Shown: positions 23,869 to 36,128, numbered from the whole stretch's first letter. The stretch is DNA of 63,970 nucleotides, filler included, from Licmophora abbreviata (GCA_900291995.1; 12 parts of 12 records of this genome joined end to end with filler, not necessarily neighbours in it); one strand, 5' to 3'. Numbers and translations are program-made. Notes: generated by a model not told the origin, from the sequence alone.

Positions 23869-25646
23869 TTAGGGTTTGAGCGTCTTTTTGGCTTTTGTGT
23901 TCATAGGGATTGCCATGGAGTCGAAATTGAGCCCGCTTACTTTTTCATCCTCTGCATGTCGAACCTCCCACTCGGAGACGAGATAGTCGATCACGTCACC
24001 GGCCGAATAGGTCCAGCTTTGCGTTTCCTCATCTTGCTTCATGAAACGACGACAGGCATTCACGTCGTCACCAACCGTGACGAGCGATTGTTCAACATAT
24101 GCTTCTCCGTTCCTGCTGTTAAGGGGGCTGACTTGGGGGTAGCCAGCGTCGGCACAGAGAGCATTGCAAAGACACTTGCGTCCTTGGGTCGCTTCCTCGG
24201 TACCACCTTTCTTGGTGTACTTGTCGACGGGTTCAGATGCACAACGGTAGCCCACCTTGCCGCTGGGCTGAACATAGGCCGTTCTCAAATATCCGAGATT
24301 ACAGACGCGGGGGCGTGCGAGGTAGTCCTCGTTTTCTGACAAGGTATTTTCCAGCTCCAACACCTTGAAGGGAAAGCCAGTCGGAGAAGCAACAGGGTCG
24401 GTGTAGACGTCGAGGTCGCCCGCAGCCAGGCGAGTCAAAATATCCTGTCGCACTTCGTCGCGCATGCCGGACTACCCAGGTCCAAACATTGAGTTGTGAG
24501 CAAGACAATACACCATGACCATCAGACTACTTATAAACTCACCTCTTGAGCAAGAGCAAATGCCGTACCGACCTGAACACCAGCACCGCCGAGCTCCTTG
24601 ACTTCAGCAAACTTGTCGGCCTTGCCGTAGGATCCCGCCATCCAAAATGGCAAGTCCTTGGAAGCCTTGAGGAACTTCAACATGTCCACTTCATCTTTGG
24701 GTCCATACACGGGCTCACCACGCCCGTTCAGATCCACAGCGTGCGATTTCTTCAACGGATCATACCGGAAGCCCCGGGGCGGTGCGTTGTGTCCACCAGC
24801 CGTGGAGAGTTCGACGACGAATCCGTTGATTCCCTTTGTCGGTCCTTTGCCGCCGGCACGTTTCAACATGCTTTGTGCTAGTACGACGGACGAGACAATG
24901 GGCAGAAAGTTGGGACGCTTGAGTTCTAGCGCCAGTTCAGGCTTTCCCGCCGCCTTCCAAAATTTGCGAGGCGAAAATTCCATTCCGAGGGTTGGCATGT
25001 CTTCTGGTAATTTTCCCTCGACATCCAGTGAAAGCGTGCAGTCTTGGCACTCGGCTAGGTTGTCAAGGATGCGTGGAATTGCCATAGGGATACCTGCACC
25101 CATAAGAATGTAATCGACGTCGGCCAGCATGGCTCCGTAAAGCGACGGGATAGTAGGTAGCTGAACCTTGGTGAGAAGATTCAAGCCACAGAGTCCACCC
25201 GTTGGAGTGCCGTCGTCGTTGTGCTTGGCAAGCCAAACTTCACAGTAGTTCCCAAGGATTGTAGCCTCTAGTAGCTCTTGCTTTGGACGTGTAGTCCACA
25301 TGGCTAGGTGCTTGTATGGCTTCATTTCGTCTTTTCCTCCTGCCACGTAATACTTCTCCATCGCTCGCAGCACCATATCTTGATCAGGAAACGACGAGAG
25401 GGCTCGACGCATAGCACCATCAGGGTCACCCTTCTGAAGGGCACGGACAAAGACGGTGTCCATGGCTGTTCCGGAAACGACGCCGAGCTCACCTTTCTTG
25501 GAAACGGCACGGGCAAGCTCCCAGGAGCTAATGCGAATGCCCATACCGCCTTGAATGATTCTAGGAGGCACATGCGGTGTCACCGTGTATCCAGCGATGC
25601 ATCGCAGCGCTGCAGCAGCAGCTAGCAGTAGTAGTCGGTTCATCAT
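23869..25646 (-). CDS. Nitronate monooxygenase / 2-nitropropane dioxygenase-like FMN enzyme with signal peptide (intron 24472-24542)
   Basis: IIQGGMG, GVVSGTA, AGGHNAPPRG, GVQVGTAF, ASPTGFPFK, CNLGYLR and RKCLCNAL motifs; GTGAGT..TAG intron. Confidence 0.88.
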
Positions 25647-25674
25647 TGCACGTTTCGTTGGCGTTGCTTTGTTG

Positions 25675-25774
25675 NNNNNNNNNNNNNNNNNNNNNNNNNN
25701 NNNNNNNNNNNNNNNNNNTTAATTAATTAANNNNNNNNNNNNNNNNNNNNNNNNNNNNNNNNNNNNNNNNNNNN
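25675..25774. other. Assembly spacer
   Basis: N-run with TTAATTAATTAA. Confidence 0.98.
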
Positions 25775-25881
25775 TCCACGGAGAACTGAATTGAGTCGAT
25801 CAACAATCACAACCTACGGGTAGGATCGAATATTCAAATACAATCATCGCCTTGCAGCTTATTACAAAAAATTAGGCATGT

Positions 25882-28500
25882 TCATCCCCGTAGGCGCTTC
25901 GCGCCTTGCACTGTTAACGTAATTTCAAGACTATTTCCCTCATTGCCATTGCCACCAGCCTGGTCGTATATGACTGCCTTGACAGTATAACTCCCGTTGC
26001 TAGGTAGCCAGTCAAAGTAGTCTCCACCACTATCACCCGCTAGTGCGTAAGGGGCAAAACTTTCGGTCGACTCTTGATCGCCATTCAGAAAGAACCTGAC
26101 ACTTCCAATACCACTGCCACTCGTGTCGGCACGAATGTTTATGTTGGGAGCCAACGACTTGTCAATGGTGTATCCGTTCGTCAGAGTGTTGATTTTGGTA
26201 TTGGTTCTCGAGTTCATCAAGGACATGGATACAATCGACGGTCCTCCGCCGACTGGCTGGGGTGTCGGTTGCGGGACGGGGCTGGGCGTTGGCTGAGGTG
26301 TTGGCCTGGGAGTACTTGGCGGCGTGCCTGGGACTGGGTTGGGCGTTGGTTGCGGTGTTGGTGATGGCGTGGGCGAGGGTGTCGGACTAGGAGTTGGGTT
26401 CTGTGTCGGCTGTGGCGTCCCTGTCGGTTTCTCGACAATTGTCACCTGTATCGAATAGGTGTTTCCAGCGTTTCCTTGCCCACTGGCCTGGTCATATACA
26501 GTAGCGCTGAGGGTTTGGGTGCCCAATGGAGCATCCCAGTCGTTGTAGTCTCCGTTGCTGTCTCCTGCTAGCGCATAGGGGGCAAAACTTTCGATCCACC
26601 GAGTAATGCCGTTCAATTTGAATACAACGCTCCCAATGGTGCCAACTGAATTGGCGCGGACATTGATCGCTGGCGTTTCTTCTAGCACGATCATGGATCC
26701 GTCAGTCATTGTTCGGATGTCCCCATTTGTGTTAGAGTTTATCAGTGTGAAACTCGTGATGGAGGGCCCGGAGGCAGGCTGGGGCGTAGGATTGGGAGTA
26801 GGAATAGGCGTCGATTGTGCGACTGGGTCGGGTGTGGGCCAAGGCGTCGGCTCTGGCGTTGGCTGCGGTGTAGGTGGTGGTGTGCCTGGGACGGGGTTGG
26901 GCGTTGGCTGTGGTGTAGGACTGGGTGTTGGGCTTGGAGTTGGCGCAGGCGTTGGGTTGGGTGTTGGTTGCGGTGTCCCTCCAGCCGAACAAGCCGTGTT
27001 GACGCCCAGAGGAAAATATGTTTCCATCGTCGTTGTTTCACCCCCGCCGCCCTCCACGATGGAACCACTGGCAATGTGTATTTGATCACACTCGCACGAA
27101 AATGCCAAACCTGATCCGTGTCGTCCATTCACAAGATCTCCAGCAGCTGTCCAAGAGGTTCCATCAAAAATGTCCACATTTGCAAAGGCTCTGCCAAAAC
27201 CTTCTCCACCGGCTACCATGAGCTTGCCATCGCAAGTTTGGCCATAAGATGAACCAGCTCTCCCGGTGGGGATGCTTGCACTCGTTCTCCATACACCAGT
27301 AGCAAAATTGTAGCAGTCAGTTTCCACCACAACTTCTTCAAAGAAGTCATCGTCTCCACCATCTCGACCTGCTGCGACACAGAGCTCCCCGTTCACAACT
27401 GCCCCGCCCGTGTGGTCTCGAGGATTTGGTGCTGTCGGCAGGTTCGTTGTCCATTGGTCATTGGCAATGCTGTACTTGTCGAGCCATCCATATGCCTGCG
27501 CATGTCCACCATGACCACCACGATTACCGTGCGAGACGTATATCTCTCCATCATGCAAGACAGAAGCAGCACCCCCACGACGGCGTGGCTCAGGAAGTCC
27601 TGCTTTGGTCGACCAGGAATCAGTGACAGTGTCGTAGATGTAGATCGAATCCACGTTGACCTCAAATGGAAAGAACCCGGTCCAAGCGCTGACGATGTAC
27701 ACCTTGGTCCCAACCGCTACACATTGCATGTGATGTAGCTCGATGTCCAGCCCAGTCTTTTCTGTCCATGTCTGCGTTGATGGATCGTACACGTCGACGG
27801 GCTTGATATCCCGCCCACCAATGAGATATGCAAGGCCATTCACCATGACAAAGCACGCTTCATGCCGCTTTGTCGGCTCATTCGTAGCCCCGACAATTCT
27901 CCATGCATAATCCGGATTCTGAGTCGGAGCTGGAGTTGGCGACGGCGTGGAGCTGCCTCCAGAGACTGACACTTCCACCAAGGACAGCATAGGGTTTTCT
28001 TCAGCGCCATTGACGAGTGCGATTGTGATTTCTCCCGCAGACGTCGCCTTGATGTTGGACACAGTCCGGGTGTGGGCAGTATCACAGCCGGCTAATGCAT
28101 GCACATCAATATCTGACAGAACTCGAGAGTTGACTCGTGCTGTAAAGACTCTGGATCCGTCAACGCAGTTTGGTCCGTAGGTTTCGGCCCACCCAAGCGT
28201 GACATCGTAGTTTGTGTTGGGGACGAGTCCGTCTACGACATAGCCAGCAGGCGTGCCGTCTGCCGGTGCCCACATGTGAGATCCGAACGCATCATCGGCG
28301 ATGGTACCACTCACTTCTCGATCGCTCCCAGGCCATTCGTAGATGGTCCCAAAGAAGTTTCCAGGTTTCGGCGCGCTATAACCATTGACGGGGCCGTTGC
28401 CGTCCCATCCAAAATTGATTTTCGCGACCGTCTGAGCACCGGCCTCTTCCAGGAACAGGGCACAGATAATTGCCAGTAAGGCAGGGAGCTGAAGTGTCAT
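25882..28500 (-). CDS. Secreted modular protein: malectin-like domain, kelch propeller, two PT-rich linkers and two repeated Ig-like domains
   Basis: Signal MTLQLPALLAIICALFLEEAGA; YDVTLGWAETY...RVF (malectin-like); kelch GG..YD....W repeats; duplicated IN.RA..GSV.F.LNG...ESFAPYALAGDS.GDY.DW domain. Confidence 0.85.
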   Translation of the reverse strand: MTLQLPALLAIICALFLEEAGAQTVAKINFGWDGNGPVNGYSAPKPGNFFGTIYEWPGSDREVSGTIADDAFGSHMWAPADGTPAGYVVDGLVPNTNYDVTLGWAETYGPNCVDGSRVFTARVNSRVLSDIDVHALAGCDTAHTRTVSNIKATSAGEITIALVNGAEENPMLSLVEVSVSGGSSTPSPTPAPTQNPDYAWRIVGATNEPTKRHEACFVMVNGLAYLIGGRDIKPVDVYDPSTQTWTEKTGLDIELHHMQCVAVGTKVYIVSAWTGFFPFEVNVDSIYIYDTVTDSWSTKAGLPEPRRRGGAASVLHDGEIYVSHGNRGGHGGHAQAYGWLDKYSIANDQWTTNLPTAPNPRDHTGGAVVNGELCVAAGRDGGDDDFFEEVVVETDCYNFATGVWRTSASIPTGRAGSSYGQTCDGKLMVAGGEGFGRAFANVDIFDGTSWTAAGDLVNGRHGSGLAFSCECDQIHIASGSIVEGGGGETTTMETYFPLGVNTACSAGGTPQPTPNPTPAPTPSPTPSPTPQPTPNPVPGTPPPTPQPTPEPTPWPTPDPVAQSTPIPTPNPTPQPASGPSITSFTLINSNTNGDIRTMTDGSMIVLEETPAINVRANSVGTIGSVVFKLNGITRWIESFAPYALAGDSNGDYNDWDAPLGTQTLSATVYDQASGQGNAGNTYSIQVTIVEKPTGTPQPTQNPTPSPTPSPTPSPTPQPTPNPVPGTPPSTPRPTPQPTPSPVPQPTPQPVGGGPSIVSMSLMNSRTNTKINTLTNGYTIDKSLAPNINIRADTSGSGIGSVRFFLNGDQESTESFAPYALAGDSGGDYFDWLPSNGSYTVKAVIYDQAGGNGNEGNSLEITLTVQGAKRLRG

Positions 28501-28806
28501 CTCGGTGGGATTTGCAAGGTGGCATGGGTTCGACCGCAGTTTCAGACACGATCCTTTGGCCATGAGACGACGTCTGAGAACGGCATCCGAGGGAACTCCT
28601 CACTCGGGAATGGAAAGATATTTTATGATATTATTCGTACATAAATACAATCAGTCACACTTCACAATAAGTGTAAGGTTTTAGCTATGGATGCGACATG
28701 GAGATAGATCGAGGGTCGTGACTGATTTTGGGTGGCCAGCGTGTTGATCGATTCTTCCTCTCGTTTGAAGCCGATCTTCCTCTCGCCGTTTGGCTGCTAA
28801 GTTGTA

Positions 28807-28906
28807 NNNNNNNNNNNNNNNNNNNNNNNNNNNNNNNNNNNNNNNNNNNNTTAATTAATTAANNNNNNNNNNNNNNNNNNNNNNNNNNNNNNNNNNNNNN
28901 NNNNNN
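28807..28906. other. Assembly spacer
   Basis: N-run with TTAATTAATTAA. Confidence 0.98.
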
Positions 28907-31382
28907 AAGTGAGCACTGCGCGAGCGCGTTCAATTTCTTGCAATGAGGTTTCCATCTTGGCAAAATCCAGACACATCTGAGCAGCGGCAGTGTCTTCGAG
29001 TGCAGATACCGCTTCCTGATAGATGTCCCGAGTGGCAGGGACACCCATGTACTTGATCGTTTTCGCAATGAATAGCTGATATGCCGTGTACTTTTCTGCG
29101 GGTGGAACCTTCTGACTCATGGCTCTGTAAACGCTCAGTGCTCGCTTGGTGAGACCGTACTCCTCTTCAAACCTTCCATTCATCATGAAGAAATCAGAGC
29201 AATCCTCAGGGGGACACGATTCGACGCAGCGTTCAAAAAGATCACGTGCCCGTTCCATTTTGGATCCGCCGAATCGAATCACAAAGGCCTCGAGATAGTT
29301 CTTCCACAACAGCTTCGCACCCTGGTGAGGAAAAGCAAAGAGATCCACCCCACGCTCGTAGGCAGTAAAAGACTCTTCGAAATACTTGTGATCAGATAAG
29401 AAGGAGGCAAAGTTGAGAATGTGCATGGGCGTGGCCACCTTAATTTCAATGGCTCGATTGTAAGAATCCTTGGTCGTGGCGACTGTGCCCAGTGACTCTT
29501 CAAGATCCAGCAGCAAGTCCCAGAGACGGAGAGACTTCGGTAGGCCCTTGGCGAGGCGCGCCAAAGCGCCCTGCAAGGAAGGATCTGGCGGTGCCACGGC
29601 GCGACGTGCAATACTGAGGGCCTCGTCCCACACTTCAAGTCGAATTTCCAATTCCACCCATGCTGCGTAACACTGCGCAAGATCATCCACATCTCTAAAT
29701 ACATAAGCGTGTTCGTTGCATATCCGATCGAATAGAGCTCGAGCCTTATCGACACTCTCTTCCTCGTTCAAAGCTGCCAGTTTCAGTACCAACTGACTGG
29801 GCATGCCATTGACGGCTTTGCGAGCCTGGACTGTCTGCAAGGATTCTTCAAGTGCCGCAGCTGCCATTTCGGGTTGCTGCAGCTTCTGATAGAGCTCGCT
29901 ACGCGTCACCCACTCTCCCACGTTGTGCGGGTTTTGACGCAACAAGACACGATTGAGCAAGAGCGGACGACGAGATGTTAAGTGCTCGGCGCGCGCCAAG
30001 GCTAGTTCAATGTCGGCCGTTGCATTGCCAGCAGCGGCCTGTGCGGAGGCAGCCGCATCGCCAGTCAAGATATCCCAGTCATCTGCTGACTCTCCTGCTT
30101 GTGATTCATCATTTTCGCCATCGTCCTCCTCTTCATTCGCCAGCTCCATCATGGCTTCAATAACTCCCTCTTCGAGCTTGACGTAGGCATCAAACAAAAT
30201 GGAGAAATCGCGAACTCGAGAGACGTGTTCAAGCGCCTCTTCGTAAATACTGCGAGCCATGTCGAATTCTCCCATTCGAATGTAGTAATCGGCCAACTTG
30301 GCCCACAATGTTCCCTCCATTTCTCCCAATTGTCGCTGCAATATAACACTGACATCTTCCTTTTTCTTTTCATTGTCCTCGTCCTTATCTTCTGTTTGTT
30401 CCTCAAGGATGGTCCATCCAGATGATGCCGCAGTGGCTGGCTGTAAAGCACCTCTAACTAACGCTTCAAAGTCAATGCCGACTCGCTGAATCTCCGTCGG
30501 ATAGTGCGTACAAATCTGCGCCAGATTCATCCAGAGGTCGTGTCGAGTAGCTTTTGTGGGTGTGACGTGGTCATTCAAGAGTTCCAGTAGGAGCAGGGCG
30601 GCTTCGCCATATCGTTTTAATTCTTGACAAACTGACGCGAGTCGCTCTCGTGCCGAGGGATCAAAGTATTGGGCGTGTCTACGCATGACTCGAAGGATCG
30701 TTTCGTCCGGGATCTCCAGTGTGATTGAAGCTGTCGGTACAGTCGCATCTGCAGCACTCGCTAGTCCCTGTTGTAGAAACGTAAGATAAGGTTTCCATAG
30801 TTTGTCGTGTTGTGTAACTGGCAATGCCTCCAAAGCCCGATTATAGAGTCGACGAATGTCCGTCACATGGGTGCAGTGCTGTTCCAACCAGGAGAGATAG
30901 TCCAACCACAGTCGTGGCATTTTGTGGAGTCGCATGAGCGCTCTCTCGAAGGCGTGAAGAAGCCGCTTGGTACTCACAATATGAGGCATCGCCCTCATTT
31001 TTTCGCGACGCCTCGGGTCGGTCCAGAAGCATACATGCCGACGCCATAGCTTGTGGGATCCAGGCATGAGGGTAACGGCCCGCTCTGCCACCAGCCATCT
31101 TACTCGCAAGAGTTCTCTCGTGTATTTAGGTAGATCGACATATGCAAGTTCCTCACGACCCCCCAATGTATGTCTTTTGTTATGTTTGAGCTGTTTTTCG
31201 ATGAGAGCCTGCATTTCTTGGAGGAGCTCGTCGATTTCAGACAGATACAAGCACCATCCCGAAACACTAAAGGGGGTCTTGGCCATTTGCTCTTCTTGGG
31301 ACAGTAAAACGGGAAAGGAGGCAATCACGGGCATGCATTCGCGCGCCACAGACGACATTCGGGTCGCTTGTGACAGGCTCAT
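28907..31382 (-). CDS. SYF1: Pre-mRNA splicing factor SYF1/XAB2 (HAT repeats), 3' truncated by gap
   Basis: MPGSHKLW, FERALMRLHKMPRLW, LPVTQHDKLW, LNRVLLRQNPHNVGEW, DLEESLGT and MERARDLFE motifs. Confidence 0.93.
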
Positions 31383-31716
31383 GGGGAATATACGCGTAAA
31401 AATGGCAGGGAAGGCGGCTGACGACGATGCTTCAGGTTGTCATGGTCAACCGAGTTCTCAGTTCTCAGATTTCAAGTTGAAAAAATAGTAGGAGCTTTGT
31501 GTGGCTGTCGATGGTTAGCAATATTCTTTAAAAGATTCCTGATTCCTCAATGGCAAAAGTGTACCGATTGCAAGGCTGTGAGCACGGTGTACGAGTATGC
31601 CCAATCGCCATTCCTCTGTCAATAGATAGAGACCTACTACAGTACAAAAGGTTGTACAGTACCATGGTAGAGAGCTTTCGATAGGTCATAGCCCACAACA
31701 GATTGTTCAGTATCGC

Positions 31717-32652
31717 CTACCGGACTTCTTTCTCCACCAACTGCCCTAGAATGTACTCGACCGCTTCCACAATGCTCGGTACAACGCGTGTGGGCGCCAT
31801 TGACAGATTGTCTTCGTCTCCAGTTTGATACTTGCCTGTCTGTACCAATACGGTATGTGAAATTAGCGCTGACTGTGCACCCTGAATGTCATTGATGTAA
31901 TCGTCCCCCACCATGATGACTGAATCGTAAACAACTTTTCTTGGAAAACAGTTCTTCATCTCATGTTCCAATTTGTATTCTACTGCCGCACGAAAGAACT
32001 CCACGGAGGGTTTGCCTACTATATGAGCGGTATGACCTGTGGCGTGTTCTAAGCATGCCACAAACCCACCGGGACCTATCGAAAGTTGATGATCGGCATC
32101 TCGGACATACTTGCTTCGATGAAATGCCACAAGACGATCAGATCCCGCAGGATACTTTCGAAGTATCCGAAAAGCATCGTTCAGGGTCTCATAATGAAAA
32201 CTGGACGGTGAAAGTCCCACCAAGACACTATCAAACTCACGGTGTGTACCAATACTTCTGCTGCTGAATTCAGCCAGATCCTGTTCCAACATGTCCCGTT
32301 CGACGAGACAATAGGGCCGATGCAAGTCTTTCTGCTTCATATAGTTCCGTACGGCATGCGCACTTGTCATGATATCCGACTGTCGGATCAAAGAATTGGA
32401 AAACCCCATTTGGTGAGTGAGTTTGTGGTGCAAGGTGCGAACAGACACGGTCGTTGTGTTGGTGAGAAACAAGACATGAAACGAGGATGTTTCTTCGGAT
32501 GAATCCTGTTGTTGTTGTTGTTGTTGCTGGTATGACAAGAGCTTGTGAATAGCGTCGACGGCTCCGTCGATCGGTTCATCACCGACATGCAGTGTACCCG
32601 ACAAGTCAATCAGAGCTAAACGAAGGGGACTTGAGGAAATTGCTGATGACAT
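31717..32652 (-). CDS. HAD-IIA hydrolase, HDHD2/LHPP-like
   Basis: IDLSGTLH, FLTNTT, VGKPS, MVGDD and LVQTGKY motifs; probable start MSSAISS at 32652. Confidence 0.88.
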   Translation of the reverse strand: MSSAISSSPLRLALIDLSGTLHVGDEPIDGAVDAIHKLLSYQQQQQQQQDSSEETSSFHVLFLTNTTTVSVRTLHHKLTHQMGFSNSLIRQSDIMTSAHAVRNYMKQKDLHRPYCLVERDMLEQDLAEFSSRSIGTHREFDSVLVGLSPSSFHYETLNDAFRILRKYPAGSDRLVAFHRSKYVRDADHQLSIGPGGFVACLEHATGHTAHIVGKPSVEFFRAAVEYKLEHEMKNCFPRKVVYDSVIMVGDDYINDIQGAQSALISHTVLVQTGKYQTGDEDNLSMAPTRVVPSIVEAVEYILGQLVEKEVR

Positions 32653-32966
32653 GGTGGCTGCAATGTGATTGCAGATTTGGAAAATTCTCAGTTGGGCTTG
32701 GTTTCGTCTTCCAACATTCGGAATCGGGAATGTCGGTACCTGCGAGAGTGCACTGTGTGTAATTCCGCTTACAGAATGTGCGACATCACTACGACATTCG
32801 TCAGACAAACATTCCCCGCCAAAACCGAACAGAAGGCGGAGCCAGATTGATGTCTCTTTCTGTGCCGTTGGTGGACAAAGTGATTGATCGTTCCTGAGTT
32901 CATTGATTCTCTCGTTCTGTGCTCTCGTTCTTCTTGTTTGCTTCGACGTTTGTGTACAGTACATTC

Positions 32967-33868
32967 ATGACTAGTTCTACTTTACTGTTGGTGCTGCTGG
33001 CCTGCTGTTCAGCTCGTGTTGGAGCCTTTTCCGTCTTCCCCCCTGTAACGACACCTTTCCTGGATGGCATCATCGGCGGTACTTCGACGACTCGGCTGCA
33101 TGCCAGCACCCAAGAAGAGGCCCCTGCGGCTCACAGCAAGAAGGGTTTGGTGCCCCAGATTACCACTGTCGAGAAACTGGACGACTTTCTCGACTTTCTA
33201 GGTCAAGACGATAAGATCTGTGTCGTCAAGTGAGTCAATCATGTCATCCGATGCGTGTTACCAAAATTGACCAAAAAATACACACACTCTACGATTCTCC
33301 CTCCGTGCTGTGNNNNNNNNNNNNNNNNNNNNNNNNNNNNNNNNNNNNNNNNNNNNTTAATTAATTAANNNNNNNNNNNNNNNNNNNNNNNNNNNNNNNN
33401 NNNNNNNNNNNNAGGTTCCACGCCACCTGGTGCAAGTCGTGTCAAAAGTTTGGTGTCCTGTTTCGCCGGTGGGGTCTTGGTGTGGCCAATCTCCGCGACC
33501 CCAAGAAGACGGACCAACATGAAGTAGTGGTCGAAGGCAATGTTCGACTTGCCGAAGTGGAGTTTGGTGCCAACATTCAGCTGTGCCGGGCACTCGGCAT
33601 CAAGAAGTTGCCCTGTGTGCACATTTACAAGGGCGCGCACGGACTCGTATCGTCCTTTCCCTGCGGTCCCAACAAGTTTGGGATATTGGAAGATAAGATC
33701 GCACGCATGCTGACCATGAGTAGGGAGGAAATCGAATTGGAAAAAAAATTAGAGGAAGGAAGTTCTTTGAGTGATCATGTGGTGACTGAATTACAGAATG
33801 AGCACTTTGAAGAAGCGTTGAGGAATGGCACGACTGGTGACAACAACAATAACAAATTGGCGCCGTAG
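32967..33868 (+). CDS. Plastid-targeted atypical thioredoxin (WCKSC); the intron starting at 33230 contains the assembly gap
   Basis: Signal plus GA-F motif (ARVGAFSVF). Exon 1 ends ..ICVVK at GTGAGT; after the gap and an AG the frame reads FHATWCKSCQKF..., then GIKKLP. Confidence 0.85.
33313..33412. other. Assembly spacer (inside thioredoxin intron)
   Basis: N-run with TTAATTAATTAA. Confidence 0.98.
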
Positions 33869-35620
33869 CTACTACGTACGGAGTATGATAGAAAGGGCCG
33901 ATCGCGAAAATAGGAAAATGTAGCTAGTACCTGTCGGTGCCAGAGCTTAGGCTTGCTCTTTAGACTGCGGGGCTTTTGCAAGAGAAAGGATGGACGTGAC
34001 GACATCTTCGTTGCGTGTCCGGTCTACGAAGATCCGTGTCGCTGTACGCAGCAGCCCTTTGTACTTCTTCGCGACCCCACGTGCTGGCTACTCTTTTATC
34101 ACAGTAGTGCCGCTTCCGAAGTACCAGTGCAACCTGGCACCAGGTACCTGTAGGGTGTTGTATCTTCGGTTCCTGTAAGTACCGTCGGGTCTACCATGTA
34201 TCTGCAACGTGAGATCCGTCTGCTGTGTTGGTAGTCTGAGAGGAAGATGACGACCATAAAAGCCCAAGCTTGATTGTGGCGAACTCAGAATTCACCTGTT
34301 TTGAAGCACAAGAGCCAAAAATGCAAAGACATCCAGGCTGTGGGCGTGTCAAGAAAAAAATCGAATCACATGGGGCCGCGTGTCGCAATTGGAGTCGCGA
34401 GCGGCGCGCCATAGAGAAGGCAAGAGCGAACGAGAAGTCGGTAAACCGTGAAAGCGGCAGTAAAAGCTAAGGACACCTCTTGATTATAGAATTTTGAAGT
34501 TATCTAGCCCCGTCGTCAGGCCAATGCAAAGCCGTACATGGAAATCGAGCGAGGCGTCTCCACCAGAACAGAGAAACACACGACGGGCAGCAGTCAGAGT
34601 GCTCGCTCCTCTACTGGCCAGTGGAAAGCACCTCGTAAGAGTGGAAGTCTTCGGCCACTGACAGCTTTTGATGTCGTCAATCAATCGAACCCTTCTTCTA
34701 CTCGATCATTCGAAAGTGCCATCCATATCCTGATGCCACTCAAGGCCGCCATCACCATCGATCATATGACGATAAAGGCCCATTGATGAATGGTACAAAC
34801 GTGTCACCCTCGTATAAGTTGATTGTCATATGCAGAGTATAAAAGACGAAAGTAATCGGATGCCTTTCGCTATCCTTCGCGAAATCATTCGAACCCGCAG
34901 GCTATCACTTGACGTCATGAGTAATGAGTTGCCAGGAGTCATGCCAGTCTCTCGCTAGCCCAACCCATAACTTGATGTCATGAGTCACATCAGTCTCTCA
35001 AAGCTGATAGTCACTCTCTCGACGTCCTCTGTTGATCACTGCACCACGGCATACATTGGCTGCGATGTAGACGGACTGACTCATGAGCGGAGCAAGCCGC
35101 TGCCCTCAGCACAGTCTTGATAGCCGCTTCATAGATTGCCGCACTAAGTGAAACAGGCCGGCGGCCATTGATTCATTCGATTCGATTCGCCACGACTTTG
35201 CCTTATTGCGTGCTATTCATGACTGAATAATACTATCAAAATTTCGTATGTGGTATCTGTGTACAATCCAGTCTTGGTGCAGTTACGATACATTCGTCCT
35301 CATTAATAAGTACGATGAGAGGAGCCTATGATACTTCTCTATATTTTCATAGGTCATCTTCAACCTCGCCCCCCACCGCCCGCTATGATACGTATTTAGC
35401 TCATAACCTTTTACTAATCAATACGTACGAGGTACGAAACCGGAACAGGTACCCAAGTACCTGATGTACCTGATGATGATGATGGCACCGTTGCCGGGTG
35501 CAAACCACACTCTAATGGCACGAACCGTACACAGTATTTCCTTCAACTCACAACTCCCCACAACGCACTAATTGCGCTGCTACAATTCATACAAGAACAA
35601 CTACTCTTGAAGAAGTAGTC

Positions 35621-36128
35621 ATGCCGAGCCACAAGACGCTCCTGCGCCAGGCGATGCTTGCCATCGCGACGGTTTCGTTGGCCTCGGCAGATCTCCAGCT
35701 CCCAAAATTTTCCTTTCCGGGCGGGTTCCGAGACTTATTTAGAACTGGCTGCTACGGTGCATATCCCCTGTTTGTAAGATTTGCTTTAGATGGCTTTCAA
35801 CTTCGTCTCGTGACCCGGGAAGACTCGATTATGCAAGTGGCACAAGCCGGCTCCTACGTAGGACCGGACGACATCATCGAGTACGGAGAATTTTTGCTCC
35901 CAGAATCGCCGTATATCAAGGAACAGAGCGTTGACCTGAAGCGTATGGATGTTCGGTACATCGGGTACGAGAATGAATCTGGACAGTGCGTCTTCAATCT
36001 TGGATTCTATTGGTCCTTTCTAAGTGATGAAGCGACAACGACGTATCCAGCTCAATTCAACGCTCCCGTCATGTTCAAGGTTTTCTACGATCCTGTCGAT
36101 GACTACCTGACCCGAATGAATGTCTATT
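35621..36128 (+). CDS. Secreted protein of unknown function, truncated by gap
   Basis: Signal-like LAIATVSLASA; the frame stays open to the gap; no family recognised with confidence. Confidence 0.65.
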
